From Promethearchaeota archaeon (GTDB lineage Archaea > Asgardarchaeota > Lokiarchaeia > Sigyniarchaeales > SOKP01), in contig JBHLON010000005.1 of NCBI GenBank assembly GCA_048940445.1, positions 32,001-96,000 of the forward strand: DNA of 64,000 bases, in the 5' to 3' direction. Within the stretch, counting starts at the first letter, position 1, and every line of letters starts with the position of its first letter. Positions 1-9,934 of this stretch are shown here, piece after piece. A program made the translations under genes and the position numbers. Under the pieces are notes generated by a model, which ran no database searches, was not told the origin of the DNA, and saw only the letters and a program-made list of their open reading frames with translations.

Positions 1-596
1 ATACGGGCTAATTTTGCTTCTCTAAGGATTACCTTATCTGCATGAGGATCAACAATGACAACCACAGAAGCGTCTTTGATATAATCATCAATCTGAGGAT
101 TAGTAAGTGAGCCCGGTATAAATCTATCCACAATAGCTTTACACCCTAGAGCGTCGCAGAATTTACGAACGGGTTCTTTTCCATATCTTCTAACAGATGT
201 TACGATTACTCGATCACTTCCTTCTTCGATATATTTACTTAAAAATTTTGCTGCGATTTTTAATCGCTCATCCGTTTTAGTTAAGTCGATAACATAAAGG
301 CCATAATTAGTCTGTCTATAAATAAACCTTCTTGCATCTCCAGAGAGTAATTTTGTCCCGATATGTATTCCACAACTTAAATAAAGTTGTTTTTGTTCTT
401 CATCTTTATCGATTATTTTTTGAGCTGCTACAGCATCCTCTTCAATACTTTCTGTGTCAAGTAGATCGAGTTCTTCAACTAAATCAAGATCTTCCTCGAA
501 ATCCTCAACGAAATCTTCTTCAAATTCAAAATCTTCTGTCTTTTCCTTTTCTTCGGTTTTTTTAGCATCTTCAGCCTTTTTCTTCTTTTTAGCCAA
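1..596 (-). CDS. rps2: 30S ribosomal protein uS2, partial (runs off window), with long acidic N-terminal extension
   Basis: Manual translation from TTG at 596: MAKKKKKAEDAKK...LYLSCGIHIGTK...RFIYRQTNYGLYVIDL...RFIPGSLTNP...DPHADKVILREA; typical archaeal uS2 motifs. Confidence 0.95.
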   Translation of the reverse strand, partial: MAKKKKKAEDAKKTEEKEKTEDFEFEEDFVEDFEEDLDLVEELDLLDTESIEEDAVAAQKIIDKDEEQKQLYLSCGIHIGTKLLSGDARRFIYRQTNYGLYVIDLTKTDERLKIAAKFLSKYIEEGSDRVIVTSVRRYGKEPVRKFCDALGCKAIVDRFIPGSLTNPQIDDYIKDASVVVIVDPHADKVILREAKLAR

Positions 597-794
597 GGTA
601 AGACCCTAAGAGTTAGTTAATTATTAAATTAATAAAATTGTCTCAAATATATTAATTAAAATAGCATAATTTTAATATTTTATTAAAAGAAGTCAACTAT
701 GTGCTTTAGAACTAAAGAATTAAAATATTGTATTAATTCCTATTTATAATAAATTTATTAATTATAAAAGAAGCTCGAAAAGATGGTTTAAACT

Positions 795-1283
795 ATGGTA
801 TCATACCGATTGGTAATAGGAATCATTGTAGGGGTAACATTTGGCTTTTTCACAAGTTTATTCTTTGATTTGGGTGGTACTCTTCCAATTATCCAAGTCA
901 CGGCAGGTTCCGATTTTTTAAAAATAGTCACTATACTAATTGGTTGGAATTTTAAATATGATATCATTTCTTTTTTTACTGAGAACCCTTCCATTGTCAG
1001 CTTTTTTGCTCCCCAACTTTTAGCTTGCATCTTTGTAGGCTATTTAAGCGGATCTATTTCAAAAGGATTTAAAAGAGGATTAGTGGCTAGCACAGTAGTC
1101 ATTGTCGTAGATTTATTAATTTGGATGCTATTGAGCGTAATTGGTGGTGAAGATCTCATGGCTTTGTTTCAACCACCACAACTTTTCTCAACCGTTGGAG
1201 GAATTATTAGTGCTTTAATTGGAGCAATTCTAGGAGGGATAATTGGTGGCTCAATTAGTGGCCCATATGAGGAAGTTTATTAA
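795..1283 (+). CDS. Hypothetical multi-pass membrane protein (Gly-rich TM helices)
   Basis: 162-aa ORF, about 4 hydrophobic segments with GxxxG motifs. Confidence 0.7.
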   Translation: MVSYRLVIGIIVGVTFGFFTSLFFDLGGTLPIIQVTAGSDFLKIVTILIGWNFKYDIISFFTENPSIVSFFAPQLLACIFVGYLSGSISKGFKRGLVASTVVIVVDLLIWMLLSVIGGEDLMALFQPPQLFSTVGGIISALIGAILGGIIGGSISGPYEEVY

Positions 1284-1378
1284 CTCTCTTTTTTATTTAT
1301 CAGTAAATAAAAAGCTTTCCATCTTACTTATGAAAATATAACTAAACCTTAAAGCTAATTCTTAATATATAAAAAATA

Positions 1379-1912
1379 ATGGATGATAATCAGATATTAC
1401 CATCTAGGGAATTTGCATTTGACTTTTTAAAAAAAATGAAAGTTCCATATCATGTTAGACGTCATTCTCTTAAAGTAACTGATAAAGCCTTAGAAATAGC
1501 AGAAAAGATAGTAAAAATTGAAGTCGATATTGATTTAATTGAAATTGGAGCCTTATTACATGACATTGGTCGAGCAAAGACACATGGATTTAGACATGCT
1601 CTAATAGGAGCACATCTATTAAGAGAACATGGGTTTTCTGAAAAACTAGCGAGAATTTGTGAAACCCATATTTTAGGAGGATTAGATAAGGTTGATGCTG
1701 TTGGTGTTAATCTTCCTGAAAGAGACTTTTTGCCCCAAACTATTGAAGAGAAGATAATTTGCTTAGCTGATAAACATATGGCTGGGACTCGGGAGGTGTC
1801 AATTGAAGAAAGATTTAATAGGTGGTTCTTGAAGTATGGAAAAACCCAGATACTTATAAAAGCGAAAAAAAGAATTGAGGATATTCAAGAAGAAATAAAA
1901 AATTTAATGTAA
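1379..1912 (+). CDS. HD-domain (HDIG) metal-dependent phosphohydrolase
   Basis: RRHS...GALLHDIGR...HALIGA...CETH...EEKIICLADK. Confidence 0.9.
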   Translation: MDDNQILPSREFAFDFLKKMKVPYHVRRHSLKVTDKALEIAEKIVKIEVDIDLIEIGALLHDIGRAKTHGFRHALIGAHLLREHGFSEKLARICETHILGGLDKVDAVGVNLPERDFLPQTIEEKIICLADKHMAGTREVSIEERFNRWFLKYGKTQILIKAKKRIEDIQEEIKNLM

Positions 1913-2031
1913 TTTTGAAAATTTTCTCCTTATTTGATTGAATTAAGTTTTCCAATTTCTAAGAAGGTTTTTTTAACTTTTAAGAATGAACTTTAATATT
2001 TTAAAGAATTAAATAATTTTTGTTTTCTATA

Positions 2032-2664
2032 TTAAATTTTAATTCCCTTCTCTTTTAGTTTCTTTAAAACTATTTCTTGTATCTTTTGCTGAGCAAACTC
2101 TATAATTTCATTTGTATTAATAATAAAGTAGCCCTCTTCCTTTGCTCTCACAAGATAAAGTTCTCTAACTTTATTCAAAAAAGAATCATTCTCAAATTTT
2201 TCAATGGTAGTTGATTTTCTTGCTAAGGAGATTTTTGGATCAATATCTAATATAATAGTTAAATCTGCTTTTCCTGCAAATTTATTTATCAATTTCAGCC
2301 ATTCAATTGAGATTTCTTCTGATTGAATAGATTGGTATACTATTGATGATTCGACGTATCTATCAGAAATAACAATAAATTCTTTTGATAAGTAATCTTT
2401 AATTTCCATCTGATAATGGAAGTCTCTGTCAGCTGCAAACATCAAAGCATCCGTAGTCGGAGGGATGTCTTGATTTTGAAGATTTTTCCTTATTAATTGG
2501 CCTATTTCACTATTTGAAGGTTCTTTTGTTAAATGAACTTTAAAACCCTTTGATTCTAAAAAGCCATAGAGAAGTTTACTATGAGTTGTAGTACCAGAGC
2601 CATCGATCCCATCTAATACAATAAATAAGGAATTGATGCTATTGAACTTATTAACAGAATTCAT
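2032..2664 (-). CDS. tmk: Thymidylate kinase
   Basis: FIVLDGIDGSGTTT P-loop, KEP, LMFAADR, ISDRYVESS. Confidence 0.93.
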   Translation of the reverse strand: MNSVNKFNSINSLFIVLDGIDGSGTTTHSKLLYGFLESKGFKVHLTKEPSNSEIGQLIRKNLQNQDIPPTTDALMFAADRDFHYQMEIKDYLSKEFIVISDRYVESSIVYQSIQSEEISIEWLKLINKFAGKADLTIILDIDPKISLARKSTTIEKFENDSFLNKVRELYLVRAKEEGYFIINTNEIIEFAQQKIQEIVLKKLKEKGIKI

Positions 2665-2833
2665 TTTTTACACTTTTCTTATTATGGATTAACTTAATTT
2701 CTTCACATCTAAAAAAAATTCATTTTATAAAATGCAACTTAAATTATTAATTTATTTTCTCCTCATAAAAGTAGATGATCCTTAATTTAAATAGTACTTA
2801 AAAACTTACGAGATTTGCGCTTGATTCTTACAC

Positions 2834-3736
2834 CTATTCATCTTTTAATATATTCATGAATTCATAGAAATTTTTATATGAATCTTTAAAGTCATTATCA
2901 GGTTTTGAATAATCTAAAGCATCGTAGAACATATCAATAAAACTTTGCTTATCTTCATTTTGTATTATTTTTTTGTACTCTCTTAACAATTTTTCGAATT
3001 CGTCTAAAACTTCTTGAAATTCCTTGTTTCTTATTTGAATATCCCCAAACATATCCATTTCTCTTTGAATAATACTTTCAGCAAAAATTTTTTGGAGCAG
3101 AAAAGTTGTACCTGCATATTTTGTCAATTCATTTAACGGCATTTTCATTCTTCTCAATAGGTTTAAAAATATGATATTAAGCATATGTGGTATTCCTAGG
3201 GTCATTGATATGTATTTATCATGTAATTTGGGAGATGTTTCAGTAATTAATAGACCATCAGATTTGAATAATCTTATTAAATCATCCACGATATACATAT
3301 AGTTTTTAGTACCGCCAATTCTTAATACAAGCATGATATAGTTCTTCATATTTTTAATACCAGGACCAAACATTGGATGAAGTGAAAGACAATTAATAGG
3401 ATATTTTCTTTTAAGTTCATCAAAAATTCTCACCACATCAGTTTTTAATGAAGTGATATCAAAAATTAAAGAATCCGGTTTTAAATAGGGAGCTACTTTT
3501 CTTATTGTTTCTATTGTAACAGTAATAGGGACAGAGATCATGACTAAATCTGCATCTTTGACACTCTTTTCAAGGGATGGTGCATAACTTACATTTAATT
3601 CATTAGCAACTCGCTTCAAATTTTCTTTATTCCGAGCATTTAAAATTATATTAAATCCATGTTTTTTGAAGTATCTAGCAAAAATTTTTCCCATCCCTCC
3701 TGAGCCTCCTACTATAGTTAAATTCTTTCCTAACAT
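2834..3736 (-). CDS. tyrA: Prephenate dehydrogenase
   Basis: IVGGSGGMG Rossmann motif, DITSLK, SLHPMFGP, HDKYISMTLGIPH. Confidence 0.9.
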   Translation of the reverse strand: MLGKNLTIVGGSGGMGKIFARYFKKHGFNIILNARNKENLKRVANELNVSYAPSLEKSVKDADLVMISVPITVTIETIRKVAPYLKPDSLIFDITSLKTDVVRIFDELKRKYPINCLSLHPMFGPGIKNMKNYIMLVLRIGGTKNYMYIVDDLIRLFKSDGLLITETSPKLHDKYISMTLGIPHMLNIIFLNLLRRMKMPLNELTKYAGTTFLLQKIFAESIIQREMDMFGDIQIRNKEFQEVLDEFEKLLREYKKIIQNEDKQSFIDMFYDALDYSKPDNDFKDSYKNFYEFMNILKDE

Positions 3737-4605
3737 TATTTCACTCCTAAATATTCAATTATTTTTGATTTCATCAATTCAATATTTGGCTTTTTGTTTG
3801 TCCACCATTCAAATGCTAAAGCTCCCTGGTATACCAACATATCTAGACCACTTAGTGTCCTACAACCAATCTCTTTTGAATCTTTAAGTAATTGGGTTTC
3901 TAAAGGATTATAAATTAGATCAAAAACAAATAATTTATTGTGCAATAAAGTTTTTGAAAGTGGTGATATTTCAGTTTTAGGAAACATACCAACCGAAGTT
4001 GCATTTATTAAAATATCAGCATTATCTATTTCCTTTTTAATAGTTGTTTTGGTATTTTTCTTGCTTTCGATATTGTATCCTATTTTAGTTTTTAGTTCGC
4101 TGACTAATCTTTTAGCTCGCTCTTCCGTTCGGTTAATGATTAAAATTTTCTCTACTTCTGAAGCTAGTGAGTAAGAAATAGCTTTTGCAGCCCCTCCTGC
4201 GCCTAATAGAATAACTTTTTTCCCTGAAAGTTTACACCCCGCCTCTATTAATGCTTTTTTGGCTCCTTCTGCATCTGTATTTGTACCTTTCAAAAAACCA
4301 TCTACATTTTTTATTGTGTTTATGCTATTGATTTTTTGAGCAATAAGATCAATTTCATCTAAAAATGGTATCACACGTTCTTTATGAGGAATTGTCACGC
4401 TAATTCCCTTTATATTAAAAGCCTTTATTCCCTTTATAGCATCCTGTAATTTATTTGGGGGAACATTCAAAGCTAAATATATATAATTTAAATGAAGATC
4501 TTGAATAGCTGCATTATGCATAATAGGACTCATGCTATGTTCAATTGGGTGCCCAATTACACCAAGTATTTTTGTTTGGGAGTTAATATAATTCCTAACT
4601 GACAT
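3736..4605 (-). CDS. aroE: Shikimate dehydrogenase
   Basis: GHPIEHSMSPIMHN, SVTIPHK, NTI, NTDAEG, LGAGGAAKA, DLIYNP, GLDMLVYQG. Confidence 0.96.
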   Translation of the reverse strand: MSVRNYINSQTKILGVIGHPIEHSMSPIMHNAAIQDLHLNYIYLALNVPPNKLQDAIKGIKAFNIKGISVTIPHKERVIPFLDEIDLIAQKINSINTIKNVDGFLKGTNTDAEGAKKALIEAGCKLSGKKVILLGAGGAAKAISYSLASEVEKILIINRTEERAKRLVSELKTKIGYNIESKKNTKTTIKKEIDNADILINATSVGMFPKTEISPLSKTLLHNKLFVFDLIYNPLETQLLKDSKEIGCRTLSGLDMLVYQGALAFEWWTNKKPNIELMKSKIIEYLGVK

Positions 4606-4695
4606 TTATCAATTAATCAACAAATTAATAATTATTAATATGTTTAAGGATAAAATTAATTTATAATTATTTAGCTAATATTTAAAACAAGAAAG

Positions 4696-5262
4696 GTGAA
4701 TTCTAATATGAGAAAAGTAATTCTTAAACCTGGAATAAGCGTATTTCCTATGCCTACGGCTGTTATTTCGGTAGGAAAGGGAGATGAAGCAAATTTAATA
4801 ACACTTGCTTATGTTGGTAAAGTTTGTCTAAAGCCTCCAATAGTGGTAATCTCAATACAGCCCAAACGCCATTCCTATTTATTAATCGAAAAACATGGCG
4901 AATTTGTAATTAATTATCCAACTATCAAGCAGTTAAAAGAGGTTGATTATTGTGGTACACGTTCGGGAAGAAATATTGATAAATGGGAAAATCTTAATTT
5001 AACTAAAGAACCAGCATCAATCGTTCAAGTACCAATGGTAAAAGAATTTCCATGGAATATGGAATGTAAAGTAATCAACAGTATTAAATTGGGTTCACAC
5101 GTTTGTTATTTCGGAGAAGTATTAGCTACGCATTCAGATCCTAAATATGTAAGGGATAATGATTTGAATCTTGATGAATTCAATTCATATACATACATAT
5201 CTGGAAATTATCTTGAAATTAAGGGAGGAGTAATAGCAAGACATGGATTTTCTATAAATTAA
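4696..5262 (+). CDS. Flavin reductase-like (flavoredoxin family) protein
   Basis: PMPTAVIS, GEFVINYP, CGTRSGRNIDK, MECKV, GSHVCYFGEV. Confidence 0.88.
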   Translation: MNSNMRKVILKPGISVFPMPTAVISVGKGDEANLITLAYVGKVCLKPPIVVISIQPKRHSYLLIEKHGEFVINYPTIKQLKEVDYCGTRSGRNIDKWENLNLTKEPASIVQVPMVKEFPWNMECKVINSIKLGSHVCYFGEVLATHSDPKYVRDNDLNLDEFNSYTYISGNYLEIKGGVIARHGFSIN

Positions 5263-5287
5263 AGATTTTAATTATAAAGAAACTGAA

Positions 5288-5824
5288 TTGATTATGTTTA
5301 AAGATTCTATTGCTCTTATTGGATTTATGGCTACTGGAAAAACATTGATTGGTAAGAAACTCGCAAGTTGTTTAAATAATGAGTACCGATTTTTAGAAAC
5401 TGATCAGATCGTTGTAGAAATGGTTGGAAAGTCAATAAATGAAATCTTTGAAGAAGATGGAGAACAAAAATTCAGAGAATATGAAATTAAAGCTTGTAAA
5501 AAAGTTTCTAAGTTAAAGAAAGTAATTATTTCTTGTGGAGGGGGCATAGTCTTAAATAAAAAAAATGTTAGGCGTTTAAGAAAAAATTGTGTTCTAATAC
5601 TCCTAACTGCAAGTATTGATGAACTTTCTTATAGAATAATTAAGAATGGGAAAGAAAAGAGACCATTAATAGATAAAAAAAATCCTAAAAGAGAGATAGA
5701 AGTAATTTTACACAATAGAGAACCCATTTATAATGCAGTAGCAGATATCGTTATAGATACTACAAATAGAGAAGTAAATGATATTGTTAATGAAATTATC
5801 TCCAAAACCGATATCAGAATATAA
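5288..5824 (+). CDS. aroK: Shikimate kinase, bacterial AroK-type (P-loop)
   Basis: IALIGFMATGKT, IFEEDGEQKFREYE, ISCGGGIV, RPLI, REPIY. Confidence 0.92.
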   Translation: MIMFKDSIALIGFMATGKTLIGKKLASCLNNEYRFLETDQIVVEMVGKSINEIFEEDGEQKFREYEIKACKKVSKLKKVIISCGGGIVLNKKNVRRLRKNCVLILLTASIDELSYRIIKNGKEKRPLIDKKNPKREIEVILHNREPIYNAVADIVIDTTNREVNDIVNEIISKTDIRI

Positions 5825-5909
5825 TAATCAAATTTTTATTTTTTGTTTAAAAAACTAAATTTAAATTCAAAAAGTCTTACTATTTTATATAAAATAAGAG
5901 TTTAATAAA

Positions 5910-6083
5910 ATGACTGAATACAAAAGATTTAAGTGCGGTCAATGTGGAGAAGAAAACCCTAGAAAGCTTCATGAAGAGCCAGATAAAACCCAAGTACTTT
6001 ACTTTTCCATGCAAGGTACCCCCGTTTACAAAAAAAGGATTAAATGTGGAAGTTGTGGGAATATTTTTGATAAATCGCAGTAA
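5910..6083 (+). CDS. Small zinc-ribbon protein (57 aa), absent from ORF track
   Basis: MTEYKRFKCGQCGEENPRKLHEEPDKTQVLYFSMQGTPVYKKRIKCGSCGNIFDKSQ; two CxxC pairs. Confidence 0.8.
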   Translation: MTEYKRFKCGQCGEENPRKLHEEPDKTQVLYFSMQGTPVYKKRIKCGSCGNIFDKSQ

Positions 6084-6152
6084 TACCGGACATCTGGCCA
6101 CCAAAAATAAAAAGAAAGCTTGTTAATTTTATTTATTGTTCATCTTTTTTTA

Positions 6153-7355
6153 TTATAAAGTTAAGATAATTTTATCATGAGCTTGTAACATATCTCTCAT
6201 GATTAACTCCATAGCTTCTTTGATTTCCGGATTATTATCGGGAATACTTCTTTTTGCGTTAACACTAGCTATTAAAACCTCATTCAATCCACGTAATATC
6301 ATATCAGGATTATACCATGGCTTTTGTGATGCCCACCACTGTTGGCAACTGTAAATACCTCTATCAAGCAAATTTCGGGCATTTTCAAAAATTTTTTTTT
6401 TCTCTTCGTCCATACTGTCTCTATATTTTGTAGATAAGTTAATTAAGGTAAGAGCATACATGAAAAAACGATGTTGTTCTCTATGTATCTCATTATTGGG
6501 GTCAAACCATAGGGGAAATGGTACATCATGTGCTAAATCATAGGGCATTGTCGACCAACTAGATACGCGAGGGACTTGTTTAGTTCTTTTTGGAAATCTA
6601 TCAACAATTTCAGAAACAGTACAAATTTTTATATCTTGTCTTTGAGGTAGTGTTTCGAATAATGGGATTAAGAAATCATCAATCGCACCTTTAACATGAT
6701 GCCCAAGGGTCTCCCCATCAAATGCCAAGATTATATACATATCTTCGTTTGAATTTTTATATTTTAGACGATTGATAAATGTATCTACATTATTTATTTT
6801 ATTAAATGCACAATCTATTGAGATATAATCGTCTCTAAATATTAATTTTAGACCGTTTTTGTGTAAAGAGATATAATTAGTTGGAAAATCTGGAAGTATA
6901 TTTGCTATTCCGCTAAGAATGACCCAATCAAATCCTAATTTTTTTACAACCTTAAAAACTTCTTCAGAAATAGCCATTTCAGGCGGGAAAAAACCACGAG
7001 GAGTATACAGTTTTCCAAAGAAATAGCGATTAGTTTCATTATTCAGCTTAATTTGACGTCTAATTTCTTGCTCTGGGATAAGAGGTAAAATTGGATGGAA
7101 TTTTGCTGAGCCTGTGAATTCGATCTGTCCTCTATTGGCACCCATAATGATAGATTGAATCAAATCGTCATATCCAAAGTCATGGAGTTGCTCTGTCAAA
7201 GTACCATTGATGTTTAGCGTAATCTTGGCATATGTGTGATTTTCTAGTGCCTTAATTATAGGTTTATATGATTCATTGACAATTTGCTTTATTACTTGTG
7301 GTATTTGTACTGGTGGTTGATATATATGAAATAAAAATGCGAAATAAACAACCAT
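6153..7355 (-). CDS. Glycoside hydrolase family 57 protein
   Basis: FHIYQP, SAKFHPILPL, GFFPPEMA (nucleophile Glu), AFDGETLGHH, SSWS. Confidence 0.9.
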   Translation of the reverse strand: MVVYFAFLFHIYQPPVQIPQVIKQIVNESYKPIIKALENHTYAKITLNINGTLTEQLHDFGYDDLIQSIIMGANRGQIEFTGSAKFHPILPLIPEQEIRRQIKLNNETNRYFFGKLYTPRGFFPPEMAISEEVFKVVKKLGFDWVILSGIANILPDFPTNYISLHKNGLKLIFRDDYISIDCAFNKINNVDTFINRLKYKNSNEDMYIILAFDGETLGHHVKGAIDDFLIPLFETLPQRQDIKICTVSEIVDRFPKRTKQVPRVSSWSTMPYDLAHDVPFPLWFDPNNEIHREQHRFFMYALTLINLSTKYRDSMDEEKKKIFENARNLLDRGIYSCQQWWASQKPWYNPDMILRGLNEVLIASVNAKRSIPDNNPEIKEAMELIMRDMLQAHDKIILTL

Positions 7356-7409
7356 ATAAATCTATATTCATTATTTATATTTTAACTTTAAGCATATTCG
7401 TTATTCATT

Positions 7410-8150
7410 TTAGAATAATTCATAGAATTGTTGCATTATCTTCACATAAATTTGTCCAGGTGCTGTTTGTTCTTCAAGAGCCGCATAAGTCAGAAAAGAA
7501 CCTAATTTTACACACATTATTCTTGAAATTATTCCTAATTTATCCATGCAAAAAGATATAATTCTTTTTTTATTTCTTGAAAATTCTTGGCAAAGTTTTA
7601 AAGGCACTAGGTTATCTTCAATATTTTGAGCTGTAAATATTAGTTTATAGATACTTTTACTCAATATGTCAAATTCGTTTAATTTATTCTTTATAATTTT
7701 CTCTTCAAAGTTTAATATAATATTTTTTAAGGTTTCATAATTTAACGTTTCTTTAAGGTTGTGATAAGAAAAGATTAAATTGACTTTTTCCATAAAAGAT
7801 AAAGAAATTACATTATTTAGTGTTTCCAGATCTGTGTTCAGTTCAACATCGAAGAAGTCTGGTCGGGCTTGAATTAGCATTTTTATTAACTCTATTCTTT
7901 CCAATTTTTGAATTTTAAGTTTTCCTCCCTCTAACTTATCTCTTAGAGTAAAAATCGAGATACACTTATTTTCAAGTAGATCTTTTAATTTTATCGCATA
8001 ACCTTTTGTTATATAATCTTTTTTTTTTATATAGTCAAATCTAAATTCTATTGCTAAAGGATTGAATGTTAATGCCTTGTTGACTAAAATTTGGGCTTCT
8101 CTTAAGTCGTTTGACTTAATTGGAATTGAAATGCAAATACTAGATTTCAT
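7410..8150 (-). CDS. aroD: 3-dehydroquinate dehydratase type I
   Basis: IEFRFD, IFTLR...EGG, DVEL, IFSYHN, FCMDKLGIISR, TYA...TAPGQ. Confidence 0.92.
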   Translation of the reverse strand: MKSSICISIPIKSNDLREAQILVNKALTFNPLAIEFRFDYIKKKDYITKGYAIKLKDLLENKCISIFTLRDKLEGGKLKIQKLERIELIKMLIQARPDFFDVELNTDLETLNNVISLSFMEKVNLIFSYHNLKETLNYETLKNIILNFEEKIIKNKLNEFDILSKSIYKLIFTAQNIEDNLVPLKLCQEFSRNKKRIISFCMDKLGIISRIMCVKLGSFLTYAALEEQTAPGQIYVKIMQQFYELF

Positions 8151-8179
8151 AATGTTAAAAAAATAATAACTAAATGTAA

Positions 8180-8818
8180 TTAAAGCTCTAATACATTTCT
8201 AACTTCTTTCTCAGTTAATTTATGTTCATAATTGATCTTTTTTACCTTTCCTTTATTTCTATAATAATCAAGGAGAGGCTTAGCATTTTCTTTGTAAATG
8301 TCAAGTCGATTTCTCAATATTTCTTCATTATCATCAGTTCGTTGTTCAAATTTTATCGATGCTCCACATTTATTACATATCCCTTCTTTTTTTGGTTTCA
8401 TAAAATATTTATTATATAGTTCACCACAATTTGGGCATGAAAATCTACCGAGGATTCTTTTAATTATAATTTCCTCATCAACTTCTAATAATATAACAAA
8501 ATCTATGTCAGTTATATTTGATAAAGCCTCTGCTTGAGATAAAGTACGTGGAAAACCATCTAGCACAAAACCATTACTTTTAACATCTCTTTTGCTCATT
8601 CGATCCTTTATCATTTCAATTACGATATTATCTGGTACCAATTCTCCCTTTTCCATAAAAGCCTTAGCTTTCAAGCCTAAAGTAGTCTCATTTTTGAGAT
8701 TCTCTCGAAAAATATCACCTGTGCTGATATGCACTATTTTTGGTGAAACTTGTTTAATTTGGGACGAAAAAGTTCCTTTTCCAGCTCCAGGTGGTCCAAA
8801 AAGTACTATTTTTTTCAA
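8180..8818 (-). CDS. adk: Adenylate kinase, bacterial-type with Zn-binding LID
   Basis: GPPGAGKGT, HISTGDIFR, GELVPD, LDGFPRT, CPNC/CNKC LID, QRTDD. Confidence 0.95.
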   Translation of the reverse strand: MKKIVLFGPPGAGKGTFSSQIKQVSPKIVHISTGDIFRENLKNETTLGLKAKAFMEKGELVPDNIVIEMIKDRMSKRDVKSNGFVLDGFPRTLSQAEALSNITDIDFVILLEVDEEIIIKRILGRFSCPNCGELYNKYFMKPKKEGICNKCGASIKFEQRTDDNEEILRNRLDIYKENAKPLLDYYRNKGKVKKINYEHKLTEKEVRNVLEL

Positions 8819-8880
8819 ATTATACTCACTTAATTAGTAATATTAGTTACAGTTAATTATTTCTAAATGTATAACTATTA

Positions 8881-9741
8881 TTAAGTTTGACCGCCCCCAT
8901 AAAGAAAGAAATCTGGAATAAGCTTAGAACCAGGAACTACTGAATACTTTTCTAAATTTGTAATACCATGTTCCATTAAAACTTCGTCATCTATAAAAAA
9001 ATTTCCTGTGCATTCTTCGCTAGATCTTGTTAAAATTAAGTAAGCCGCATCTGCAACAATCTCTGGTTTACGCGAATGCTTGATTGTTGCATCACCTCCT
9101 AATAAATTTCTAACAGCTGCTGTAGCAATTGCTGTACGAGGCCATAGTGCATTAACTGCAATTCTATCCTTCTTGAATTCTTCAGCCATACCTAACACAC
9201 ACATACTCATTCCATATTTCGACATACTATAAGCAACATGATGAGTAAACCATTTGGGATCCAAATTTAATGGTGGAGATAGATTCAGAATATGTGGATT
9301 TTCGGATTTTTTTAAATAAGGAACACATAACTTTGAACATAAAAATGTTCCGCGTACATTAACTGAAAACATAAGATCAAATTTTTTCATAGTAGTATCC
9401 AAGGTTGATGTTAAACTTATAGCACTTGCATCATTAACTAATATATCAATTCCCCCAAATTCTTTAATAGTAGTATCAACAGCTGATTTAACTTGAGCTT
9501 CGAATCTAATATCTGCTATGCATGCAAGACCTTTTCCACCAGCATTATTGATATCCTCCACTGCACTATATACTGTACCAGGTAATTTAGGGTGTGGTTC
9601 TGCAGTTTTAGCCACTACAGCGATTTTTGCACCATCTTCAGCAGCTTTTATAGCAATTGCTTTTCCTATACCTCTACTTGCCCCAGTGATGAATACTATT
9701 TTATCTTTTAAACTTGCCATACTAAACCCTTCGATTTTCAT
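8881..9741 (-). CDS. Short-chain dehydrogenase/reductase (HSDL2-like); start may be ATG at 9720
   Basis: TGASRGIG, KTAEPHPKLPGT, HILNLSPPL, YSMSK, VNALWPRTAIATAA, TGNFFIDD. Confidence 0.9.
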   Translation of the reverse strand: MKIEGFSMASLKDKIVFITGASRGIGKAIAIKAAEDGAKIAVVAKTAEPHPKLPGTVYSAVEDINNAGGKGLACIADIRFEAQVKSAVDTTIKEFGGIDILVNDASAISLTSTLDTTMKKFDLMFSVNVRGTFLCSKLCVPYLKKSENPHILNLSPPLNLDPKWFTHHVAYSMSKYGMSMCVLGMAEEFKKDRIAVNALWPRTAIATAAVRNLLGGDATIKHSRKPEIVADAAYLILTRSSEECTGNFFIDDEVLMEHGITNLEKYSVVPGSKLIPDFFLYGGGQT

Positions 9742-9934
9742 AATTATAATATTTATAATTTAATCCATCCTTCATTAAAGAAAAAACGGTTGTTCCATTC
9801 ATTCTTTATCGCAGACCTGTTCAATTTAACATTTTATAAGATTTATGTTAAAAATTTAAGTTTATCCTTAATTTTTTATAAAAAGAATACAACCTTATGA
9901 AATTACAGCAAGAGGTCGAAGATGTTTATTTTTA

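Noticed and set aside
5880-6126. Track ORFs 5880-6104(-) and 5944-6126(+)
   Set aside because: They overlap a better 57-aa zinc-ribbon ORF (5910-6083) in another frame.
9766-9924. TPP riboswitch or hammerhead ribozyme near the thiamine genes
   Set aside because: No CUGAGA motif of TPP aptamers and it lies downstream of the thi genes; CUGCGA/GAA only loosely resembles the hammerhead core.
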